Shown here: one piece after another, positions 56,732-64,000 of the stretch | Numbering within the stretch: the first letter of the stretch is position 1 | Layout: each line of letters opens with the position of its first letter | From: a virus | Lineage: Duplodnaviria; Heunggongvirae; Uroviricota; Caudoviricetes | Virus record (IMG/VR): IMGVR_UViG_3300014205_000186 | Location: 1 to 64,000 of that record | Length of the DNA stretch: 64,000 nucleotides | Strand: one strand, 5' to 3' | Translations under genes and position numbers: made by a program | Notes under the pieces: generated by a model | Told to the model about the DNA's origin: nothing | Seen by the model: the letters and a program-made list of their open reading frames with translations, nothing else | Databases searched by the model: none

Positions 56732-57003
56732 AATGTTATGGAATTTTTAAGTTTGCTGAAAGACCAAGGCTAAAAAGCTATGGTAATACTGTTAAAAGCG
56801 AGTTTGACTTATATTATACTAGTAAAAGAGCAGATAATAATATTGATAAGATTTATTTACCATTCGAATGCTGGGACTCTGCTGCTGAATATATTGTAAA
56901 TAATTGTATTGAGGGAGATAGTATATATATAGAATCCTCCCCTAAAGTTGCTGGACACGAAATTATATTCAGAATCAATACATTTAAGGTTTTCAATGTT
57001 TAA
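56728..57003 (+). CDS. hypothetical protein
   Basis: 91-aa ORF. Confidence 0.4.
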   Translation: MKCYGIFKFAERPRLKSYGNTVKSEFDLYYTSKRADNNIDKIYLPFECWDSAAEYIVNNCIEGDSIYIESSPKVAGHEIIFRINTFKVFNV

Positions 57004-57202
57004 CGATAAAAAATCAATAGACTTTCTTTATTATTTAGCTTGTTTAAATGAGGACGAGCTTAAAAGAGATAAAGAATCATTTTATAAACTTAAAAGTGAA
57101 TTAAACACAGATTATAAAGAGGTTTTTCATTATATCTATGGAGACATTTTTAGACTAAGTAAAAGAGCGGAAATTATATATAAGAAAGTCTTAGAAAAAT
57201 GA
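56948..57202 (+). CDS. hypothetical protein
   Basis: 84-aa ORF. Confidence 0.35.
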   Translation: MLDTKLYSESIHLRFSMFNDKKSIDFLYYLACLNEDELKRDKESFYKLKSELNTDYKEVFHYIYGDIFRLSKRAEIIYKKVLEK

Positions 57203-58755
57203 AAGTATTACTTGTTGGGGAATTTTCTGGAATATCAACAGGATATGGTAAAATCACAAAAGAATTAGCTTCTAGATTACATAATGATGGTTATGAGATA
57301 GCTGAATTAGCTACATTTTGTCATAAAGATGATCCAAAAATAAAAGAAATACCTTGGAAGATTTATCCTAATCTGCCTTCTACAGAAGAAGAAAACAGAG
57401 AATATCAAAGTAATCCACAAAATAGTAATGGTAAATGGATATTTGAAAAGGTTCTTTTAGACTTTAAACCTAATTATGTTTTTGGAAATGGAGATCCATT
57501 CTTTTATGAATATCAATATCATTCTCCTTTTAGAAAATTCTTTAATTGGATTATTGCTGCTCCTGTAGATGGTATTCCTCAACACAACCAATGGATTCAG
57601 TTTTTTAAAGATGCTGATGGATTAATGTCTTATACAGATTGGGGTAAAGAAGTATTAGAAAATTACGGATTAAAGGTTGACGGGGTTTTTTCACCAGTCG
57701 CTTCTTGTGATTTTTTCCCTATTAATAAGGAAGAAATAGAGAAATTTAAGAAAATGTTAGGTTTCGGTGGCAAGAAAATTATTGGCACTATAATGAGAAA
57801 CCAACCAAGAAAACTATTTGATCCTCTTTTCTCTACTTTTGCAGAATACTTAAAATCTTTTCCAGATACTCTTTTATATTGTCATACAACTTATCCTGAT
57901 GCTGGATGGGATATTCCAGAACTATTAATTAAACACAAAATAATTAATAAGGTTTTGTTTACTTACAAGTGTCAAAATTGTCAAGAAAGTTATCCAGCCT
58001 ATTTTCAAGATCTTAAATCTACGTGTCCTTTTTGTAAACAATTGACAGCAAGAATGCCAGATGGACAAAGTTCTGTTAATGATCAAACCTTAAATAAAAT
58101 TATTAATCTTTTTGATGTTTATGTTCAGCTAGCTAGTAGAGAAGGTTTAGGTATTCCACAAGTAGAAGCTTGTTCTTGCGACGTTCCAGTTATTACTATG
58201 AACTATGCTGGAATGACAGATATAGCACAAAAAATAGGAACACCAGTTAAAATTAAAGAGTTTTATTTAAGCTATCCAATGAATATGATGGAAGCTTTAC
58301 CAGATCGGGAAGATTTATTTAAAGTTATTAAAGAAACAATTAATCAAGAGAAAACTGGTAAAAATAGAGCTAAATATGAGAAACATTATGAGTCTTGGGA
58401 TAAAAGCTATAACGTTTTCTCGAAAATTCTTAAATCACTTCCGGTTAAGTCTTGGGAAAAAGTTAGTGTGATACCTCCAGTAGAATATATTAATGAAAAC
58501 GTTTCTAATGAAGACTATGTTAAATATCTTATTTTACATGTTCTAAGACAGCCAGAGTTAATTGGATCTTATTCAATGACTAGATTAATTAATGATTTAA
58601 ATTCTGGAATTACTTTCGGTGGTATTTGTGGAAATTATTTTACAGAGTCTATCGAACAAAGAAATTATGCCCCGTTTACTAGAGAAAATGCTTATAATAT
58701 TTGTTCTAATAAGAAAAACTTTGATAATTATTGGCTAAGCAAAGTAAATGAATAA
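57199..58755 (+). CDS. GT-B glycosyltransferase (GT1/GT4-like) with inserted zinc ribbon
   Basis: ASREGLGIPQVEACSCDVPVITMNYAGM (E-x7-E); CQNCQES...CPFCKQ. Confidence 0.55.
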   Translation: MKVLLVGEFSGISTGYGKITKELASRLHNDGYEIAELATFCHKDDPKIKEIPWKIYPNLPSTEEENREYQSNPQNSNGKWIFEKVLLDFKPNYVFGNGDPFFYEYQYHSPFRKFFNWIIAAPVDGIPQHNQWIQFFKDADGLMSYTDWGKEVLENYGLKVDGVFSPVASCDFFPINKEEIEKFKKMLGFGGKKIIGTIMRNQPRKLFDPLFSTFAEYLKSFPDTLLYCHTTYPDAGWDIPELLIKHKIINKVLFTYKCQNCQESYPAYFQDLKSTCPFCKQLTARMPDGQSSVNDQTLNKIINLFDVYVQLASREGLGIPQVEACSCDVPVITMNYAGMTDIAQKIGTPVKIKEFYLSYPMNMMEALPDREDLFKVIKETINQEKTGKNRAKYEKHYESWDKSYNVFSKILKSLPVKSWEKVSVIPPVEYINENVSNEDYVKYLILHVLRQPELIGSYSMTRLINDLNSGITFGGICGNYFTESIEQRNYAPFTRENAYNICSNKKNFDNYWLSKVNE

Positions 58756-58960
58756 GTGTATTTTTTGCGATGAAGTACTTGAAAATATTTCTCCTCAAGA
58801 TAATTATCAACCATATGAAGGTGGAGAAGTAAAATTTATTTTCACTTTTGGTTCTACTAAGTTCGATAAATGTTTTGGTAATACTGTATATCGCGGCGTT
58901 ATATGTGATCACTGTGCGAGTAAATTTGTTAATAAAATGAAAGAGGAATTATATGAATAA
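58748..58960 (+). CDS. small zinc-ribbon protein
   Basis: CIFCDE...CDHCA. Confidence 0.4.
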   Translation: MNKCIFCDEVLENISPQDNYQPYEGGEVKFIFTFGSTKFDKCFGNTVYRGVICDHCASKFVNKMKEELYE

Positions 58961-59513
58961 TTTAGATAATACAAGAGAAATTTATAAAGAAGAAGCTTAT
59001 AATGAAATTTTTAATAAGGGTTATGAAGAATACTATAGCAACATATTAACAAAATTTCATTTTAATAGTACTGAATTTAGTAATAACGAAAATAATATCA
59101 GAACTACTTGTACTTTTCAAGAAAAACATTACAAAGAAAAAAGATGGGATATTGTAAATAGATGTCTAGAAATTTTAAAACTTTCTGCTAATGTAAAAAT
59201 AGAAGATAAAATTTCAGATTTAATTAATTGGGATTTAGAACCTACTAAGTTTTACCATATTACCGATTCTGTTCTTTATTCAAACGAGTCGTTTAGTACT
59301 AATATGTGTAAAGAAGAAATATGTATGCTAAAAGTAATGGATTTAGAACAAAAATATGATAAAAATATTGGTATACAAATTTTAAATTTAGATGTTAAAG
59401 TTTCAGAAAAGGGTAAAATTTTACCATTAAAATGTGATCCTGGAATTATGGGATTAAGCCTAGATCTATTTTTTGAAATTAAACACTTTGCCTATAAGAT
59501 TGTTTATCTATGA
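58953..59513 (+). CDS. hypothetical protein
   Basis: 186-aa ORF. Confidence 0.45.
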   Translation: MNNLDNTREIYKEEAYNEIFNKGYEEYYSNILTKFHFNSTEFSNNENNIRTTCTFQEKHYKEKRWDIVNRCLEILKLSANVKIEDKISDLINWDLEPTKFYHITDSVLYSNESFSTNMCKEEICMLKVMDLEQKYDKNIGIQILNLDVKVSEKGKILPLKCDPGIMGLSLDLFFEIKHFAYKIVYL

Positions 59514-60559
59514 AAATCTTATACATATCTCACTCAAAAGAACAATCTGGCTACGGTAGATATTGTCGAGAATATCTTAAAGCTTTAAAAACAACTAATT
59601 TAGAAATATCTTCTTTAGCTATTACTTTAGGTAAAGCTTTAAACATAGTTGATGAAACAGAAAAAGTAAGCCTTAGTAGTCCCGACATAGTAGTGCAAAA
59701 TATTTTACCTCACTTTATGTCTAAAGGAAATGTAAAATCAGTTGGGACAGCAATCTTAGAAAGTAAAGACGTAAAATATAACTACTGGAATCAACACTTA
59801 CAAATGCTAGATCAGGTAATATATCCGCATAATACATTAGGTTTATTTGATAATGAAGTAAGTATTCCAACAGCTATTAACTTAAACAAGAAAAATGTAC
59901 CGGGATTAAATATAGAAGAAGCTAATGGAACTTTCAAATTTTACTGGATCGGTGAACTTAGTAAAAGAAAAAACTTATCTGGATTAATCAAGGCTTATTA
60001 CAACACATTTAATTGTTCTGAGCCTGTTTCACTTATTATTAAGGCTCATACTTCCGGATTTAATGCTAGTGAAGGTAAAAATCAAGTTGTAGAGCTAATT
60101 AACACTATAGCTAATGGAATGAAGCTTTATCAAGATCCTAAAGAATATCCCAGAATCATAGTTTTAACAGAGTTTTTTGATGACGATAAGATTTTAGGGT
60201 TACATAATTACGGAGATTGCTTTTTATCATCTTCTCATGGAGAAAGTATTAATTATCCAATGTTAGATGCTATGAATTTTAATAATAGCGTAATATCTAC
60301 TACTACATTTGCTACAGAATACTATATGAATTATGGAAATATTGAATTAGTTGCTTCTGACGAATTAGAACCTTGTTTTGGGCAAGTTGAATCTTTTAAC
60401 TGGTATCAATCTTCTTTAGAATCTTGGCCAAGCTTTAATCATAAGCAATTCTGTGAGAAAATGAGAAAAGTTTATGAAAATAGACCAAAGCAAAATAATG
60501 ATCTTTCTGGATTGGATTATTCTACTGTTGGTAAAATTATTAAGGAAAAACTGTTATAA
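59510..60559 (+). CDS. GT-B glycosyltransferase (GT1/GT4-like)
   Basis: FLSSSHGESINYPMLDAMNFNNSVISTT resembles the GT4 C-terminal motif. Confidence 0.5.
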   Translation: MKILYISHSKEQSGYGRYCREYLKALKTTNLEISSLAITLGKALNIVDETEKVSLSSPDIVVQNILPHFMSKGNVKSVGTAILESKDVKYNYWNQHLQMLDQVIYPHNTLGLFDNEVSIPTAINLNKKNVPGLNIEEANGTFKFYWIGELSKRKNLSGLIKAYYNTFNCSEPVSLIIKAHTSGFNASEGKNQVVELINTIANGMKLYQDPKEYPRIIVLTEFFDDDKILGLHNYGDCFLSSSHGESINYPMLDAMNFNNSVISTTTFATEYYMNYGNIELVASDELEPCFGQVESFNWYQSSLESWPSFNHKQFCEKMRKVYENRPKQNNDLSGLDYSTVGKIIKEKLL

Positions 60560-61533
60560 TGCAGAATATATTTAATATACTAGAAGATAGACAATTTAAT
60601 ATTCTCACTGTATGTGCTCATGAAAGATGGGCTTCTGGTTTGTCTGATGTAAATGCTAATTTTTACTTATATAAGAAGTCTCCACACATTAAAACTTGGA
60701 ACGAAGATTTTGCTCCGCTACCTAAAAACTACTACTTATTACCAGAACAGTATTTTCCAGAAGGTATTATTTTTGATTTTGTTTTAAGCCAACATAAATT
60801 TGGATGCTTTCAAGAACTTGCTCCAATGGCTAGAAAGAATAAGCTTCCGCTATTGTCGATTGAACATACTCTACCTATGAACTGGCCAAAGAATCATTTT
60901 AATCAGATTAAAGCTATGAGAGGCGATATAAATATCTTTATTGGAGACAAACAGGCTAAAGAATGGGGAGAACCTACTCCGTATTTAATTAGACATTGTG
61001 TAGATACTGATATGTTTTACCCACAAGAAAAAAGAAACAATCACATTCTTACTGTTGTAAATGACTACCCAGGAAGAGGAGATATTTTAGGATTTAAACA
61101 ATATTTAGATGTAACAAAAGATTTACCGGTGTTTCCAGTTGGAGATTCTCCTGGTTTTTCTAAAGCTGCTCAAAATATAGATGAGTTAAGTAATTTTTAT
61201 AGATCCTCTAGAATATTCTTAAATACTTCTATCCGTAGTCCTATTCCTTGCGTATTATTAGAAGCTTTATCATCAGGATGTGCATGTGTATCTACTAATA
61301 ATTGTGAAATACCATATTATATTGAACATGGAGTGAATGGTTTATTAGCTAACTCTGACCAAGAAATGCGTAAATATCTTGAAACGCTTTTAAAAGATGA
61401 AGATTTGGCTATGTTTCTTGGAGCAAATGCTAGAAAAACAATATTAGAAAAGTGCTCTAAAAAAGACTATACTACTAAATGGGATAACTTATTTAACAAA
61501 CTAAGAAAGAAACAGTTAAGAAATGAAAACTAA
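60559..61533 (+). CDS. GT-B glycosyltransferase (GT1/GT4-like)
   Basis: RIFLNTSIRSPIPCVLLEALSSGCACVSTNNCEIPYYIEHGVNGLL. Confidence 0.55.
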   Translation: MQNIFNILEDRQFNILTVCAHERWASGLSDVNANFYLYKKSPHIKTWNEDFAPLPKNYYLLPEQYFPEGIIFDFVLSQHKFGCFQELAPMARKNKLPLLSIEHTLPMNWPKNHFNQIKAMRGDINIFIGDKQAKEWGEPTPYLIRHCVDTDMFYPQEKRNNHILTVVNDYPGRGDILGFKQYLDVTKDLPVFPVGDSPGFSKAAQNIDELSNFYRSSRIFLNTSIRSPIPCVLLEALSSGCACVSTNNCEIPYYIEHGVNGLLANSDQEMRKYLETLLKDEDLAMFLGANARKTILEKCSKKDYTTKWDNLFNKLRKKQLRNEN

Positions 61534-61930
61534 ACTTGTAAAATCCGAACTAGATAGTTTTGTTGGATATAATAATATTAACTACACTAAGTTATCTGAA
61601 ATAAATAACCATTCTTGCTTTGAGTTATATATTGATGACGGAATATTAAAAATGATTCCAAACGAACTGTTTAGTAATTTTATTAAGGCTTGTTGTAGCA
61701 AAATAAGATTAAACGGAATGTTAATACTAACAGGGGTAGATATTATGAATATTTCCCTTTCATATATACATAAATATATTGATGAAAAGTATTTATCTAG
61801 TTGTCTTTCTGGATCTCTTGGGTTTTACAACTGTAAAGTAGTAGAAGAAGAGATTAAGAAAAACGGTTTAAAAATTCATTCAATGTCTATTTCTGACGGT
61901 GTTTTTGTTGTAAGGGGAATTCGTGGCTAA
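61523..61930 (+). CDS. putative SAM methyltransferase-like protein (truncated class I fold)
   Basis: CFELYIDDGILKMIPNELFSNFIKACCSKIRLNGMLIL resembles MTase post-motif II region. Confidence 0.3.
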   Translation: MKTKLVKSELDSFVGYNNINYTKLSEINNHSCFELYIDDGILKMIPNELFSNFIKACCSKIRLNGMLILTGVDIMNISLSYIHKYIDEKYLSSCLSGSLGFYNCKVVEEEIKKNGLKIHSMSISDGVFVVRGIRG

Positions 61931-62630
61931 TATTAAAACAAGTTGTGAAAAGTGTGTTTTTAGAGTAAATGATAATTCGGGAAAACAAAACAGTTGCTCT
62001 TTAGGTAGACTTTCTAAATTTCTTAATAGAGAAGAAGCTAGAGAAGAAAAAGATTATTATCTTATAGATAGATTTTGTAATACTTGTCGAGATAAAGACT
62101 ACACAGAAGAATCTATTTTAAAAGAAGTAGAAATATCTTGTACTTTTATTGTTTATGGCTTAAACGATTACTGGATAACCTTAAAAAGTATCCTAAAACA
62201 GAAAATTAAACCAAAAGCCGTTTTTATTGTTTTCTACGACCAACAAATGTTTAATAGAGAAAAATTTAAAGAGTTTCAAGAGTTATATAAAAACGAAGAA
62301 ATTCCATTAATCTTTAAAAGATGGTTCGAGCCAACTACATATTTAAAAATGATTGATGAAGTTGTTACTAAATGTAAAACACAATTTTATATCCCAATTA
62401 ATGGCGAAATTGATAAAAACTTTATTAAAAATATGAATCAGAGAATAAATTATGATATGATTCCAACAAATGCTTATTTTACACAAGACTCTATATTTAA
62501 TGCTTTAATATCTTGTTCTTTACATAGAATGGTTTATGGCAATCGTCAAGATCCACTTTTTGAAAAACTTAAAGAATTAGTTAAAGATAAACCAGAAAAA
62601 GAGAAATCAACAATAGTATGGTCACAGTAA
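61923..62630 (+). CDS. hypothetical protein (possible glycosyltransferase-like)
   Basis: 235-aa ORF inside the GT cluster. Confidence 0.4.
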   Translation: MANIKTSCEKCVFRVNDNSGKQNSCSLGRLSKFLNREEAREEKDYYLIDRFCNTCRDKDYTEESILKEVEISCTFIVYGLNDYWITLKSILKQKIKPKAVFIVFYDQQMFNREKFKEFQELYKNEEIPLIFKRWFEPTTYLKMIDEVVTKCKTQFYIPINGEIDKNFIKNMNQRINYDMIPTNAYFTQDSIFNALISCSLHRMVYGNRQDPLFEKLKELVKDKPEKEKSTIVWSQ

Positions 62631-63328
62631 TAATAGCTCACAAAGACTATAACGATTATTTAAAATCAGCAGTAAATAGTTGTATAACCCAAACTATTCC
62701 TGTTAATTATGTTGTTATTGATGATGGTTCAAAAGAGCCTCCAGAGCCACCAGATTGGCCTATAACAAAAGATGGCGACTATAGGGTGTATGAACTAGAT
62801 TCTAATAAGTTTATCTATTTAAAAGAATCTGTAGGGCCTTCAATGGCTAGAAACGTTGGAATATTAGAATCTTGGGCTTACAGCACTCACTTTCAAATAT
62901 TAGATGCTGATGATTATATGCTTCCTAATAAATGCGAAGTATTACTTAAAAATTTCGATAACAATACAGGAATAGTTTATGCTGATTACTTTATAGAATC
63001 TGATGAAATAAGGAAAATGGAGTTTAAAATTCCATATACTCAACAAGAATTAATACAGCATTGTATAGTACATTCAGGAAGTATGTTTTGTAAAAAAGTT
63101 TTACAGATGGTTTGTGAAAATAATTGTTTTTATGATCCACAACTCAGGGTAGCCGAAGATTATGATCTATTTCTAAGATGTTCTGAAAAGATGATGATTA
63201 AACATGTTCCTGAATTCCTTACAGTTGTTAGAGAACACACCTTAAATTCAACCCATTCTGTTCAAAATAATATATGGCAATCGTGTTTGTCAAGAGTACA
63301 CCAAAAGAGACACATAAGAAATGCGTAA
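62618..63328 (+). CDS. family 2 glycosyltransferase
   Basis: VTVIIAHKDYNDYLKSAVNSCITQTIPVNYVVIDDGSKEP; DxD ILDADDYM. Confidence 0.65.
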   Translation: MVTVIIAHKDYNDYLKSAVNSCITQTIPVNYVVIDDGSKEPPEPPDWPITKDGDYRVYELDSNKFIYLKESVGPSMARNVGILESWAYSTHFQILDADDYMLPNKCEVLLKNFDNNTGIVYADYFIESDEIRKMEFKIPYTQQELIQHCIVHSGSMFCKKVLQMVCENNCFYDPQLRVAEDYDLFLRCSEKMMIKHVPEFLTVVREHTLNSTHSVQNNIWQSCLSRVHQKRHIRNA

Positions 63329-63884
63329 TATTAGTTTTATTATTATAGCACCTATGTTAGGATATAAGAGGGGTTATAAAAAGTTTACAGATATTGACAA
63401 ATTACAAGAAACAATAGAAAAAATTCGCTCATCTTTTACCTACCCAGACATAGTTGTTGTAACAGGACTTTATAATAACGAATATCTAGCAGCTAAAAAT
63501 AATTTCAGAATTATAGAAAATCAACTTCCGTTTGATACTGGTGAGATAGAACAAATAAGAATAGCTTTAAATAATATTATAAATAAAAAGATAGTAATAC
63601 TAAAGCAGGAATGCCAATTTACTTGTGATTCTATTAAGAAGGGGATAAGATCTTATAAAAAATTTGTAATTCGCGGAGAAAACATTCAAAATCCAGGAAT
63701 GATTATTCAAGACGGTTTAGTAAATAATATTTCTTTTGGTTTAAAAAACAGTTTCGGAGACATGTTATATATCAATAATCAAGAAGAAATAAAAGATTTT
63801 ATCGAGAAGCCACATAATAGAAATAAAAAGTTACACGAATTAGTCAACTATTTAATTAATATAGAACCAGTAAGGATATTATGA
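63321..63884 (+). CDS. hypothetical protein (possible nucleotidyltransferase-like, weak)
   Basis: 187-aa ORF; ISFIIIAPMLGYKRG. Confidence 0.4.
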   Translation: MRNISFIIIAPMLGYKRGYKKFTDIDKLQETIEKIRSSFTYPDIVVVTGLYNNEYLAAKNNFRIIENQLPFDTGEIEQIRIALNNIINKKIVILKQECQFTCDSIKKGIRSYKKFVIRGENIQNPGMIIQDGLVNNISFGLKNSFGDMLYINNQEEIKDFIEKPHNRNKKLHELVNYLINIEPVRIL

Positions 63885-64000
63885 AAATTGTAATAGCAGA
63901 TGATTGTCCAGGTGGTGCTCATAGCTGGCAAAGAAAGTCAATGGCAAAAGCATTTGTTTATTGTGGTCACGAAGTTGTTATTTGGGATATTAATAAGAAA
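63884..64000 (+). CDS. 5' part of a gene continuing beyond the window
   Basis: MKIVIADDCPGGAHSWQRKSMAKAFVYCGHEVVIWDINKK... runs open to the window edge. Confidence 0.4.

Noticed and set aside
2789-58912. All - strand ORFs in the track except 20350-20958 (2789-3028, 5324-5614, 7341-7541, 10735-10983, 15562-15783, 23321-23566, 24339-24539, 24697-25005, 25338-25565, 27906-28187, 28408-28602, 34421-34666, 34901-35092, 38424-38627, 43406-43660, 44539-44772, 44938-45147, 51628-51879, 54231-54491, 54519-54731, 55472-55666, 58706-58912)
   Set aside because: Each lies entirely inside a well-supported + strand gene; the translations are low-complexity and AT-codon-driven (I/F/L/N/K-rich), with no motifs and no RBS. 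They are treated as antisense artefacts.
1-64000. CRISPR array or other long tandem repeats
   Set aside because: No regularly spaced direct repeats were seen; repeats found are short inverted repeats in intergenic hairpins and low-complexity coding repeats (27502-27909).
1-64000. Eukaryotic giant-virus (NCLDV) origin suggested by PARP, ATP-dependent ligase, glycosyltransferase clusters, inteins and permuted tRNAs
   Set aside because: sigma70 -35/-10 promoters, Shine-Dalgarno sites, a lipobox, DnaB/DnaG/DnaE/DnaQ, a UvsX/RecA-type recombinase, sigma-factor-like proteins, PhoH and a DUF1559 pseudopilin all point to a bacteriophage.

Overview
This window is a densely packed, AT-rich (roughly 30% GC by eye) fragment of a large virulent dsDNA bacteriophage genome. 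Nearly all genes are on the + strand, many with ATGA start/stop overlaps; the one clear exception is an HNH endonuclease gene at 20350-20958 on the - strand. Bacterial-type signals are present throughout: near-consensus sigma70 promoters with extended -10 (16282-16309 and 18686-18714), Shine-Dalgarno sites, a lipobox, DnaB/DnaG/DnaE/DnaQ, a UvsX-like recombinase and sigma-factor-like proteins. Recognisable modules are: (i) nucleotide metabolism: ThyA-like thymidylate synthase, HNH_3-like::dCMP deaminase fusion, class II (B12-type) ribonucleotide reductase carrying a LAGLIDADG intein, two MazG-like proteins, a DUF5664-like protein, a 5'(3')-deoxyribonucleotidase-like HAD protein and PhoH; (ii) replication/recombination: ATP-dependent DNA ligase, SSB, UvsX-like recombinase, DnaB-like helicase carrying an intein, DnaG primase, Cas4/RecB-like nuclease, DnaQ-like exonuclease and a DnaE (Pol III alpha) gene encoded in three pieces, the last junction being a natural split intein whose halves flank a free-standing NUMOD/Vsr-like endonuclease gene; (iii) two glycosyltransferase/methyltransferase clusters (9.7-14.2 kb and 57.2-63.9 kb); (iv) a promoter-driven tRNA region (18.7-21.4 kb) with a tRNA-Asn, a tRNA-Tyr-like gene and two apparent circularly permuted tRNA genes (3' half upstream of 5' half); (v) accessory genes unusual for phage: a WGR+PARP-like ADP-ribosyltransferase, two vWA/MIDAS proteins, a Planctomycetes-type DUF1559 pseudopilin-like protein, an SPFH/band-7 protein and a ClpP-like protease. 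A degenerate HNH_3-like domain with Arg in place of the catalytic His recurs four times. All calls come from reading the sequence and the ORF translations; no database search was run.
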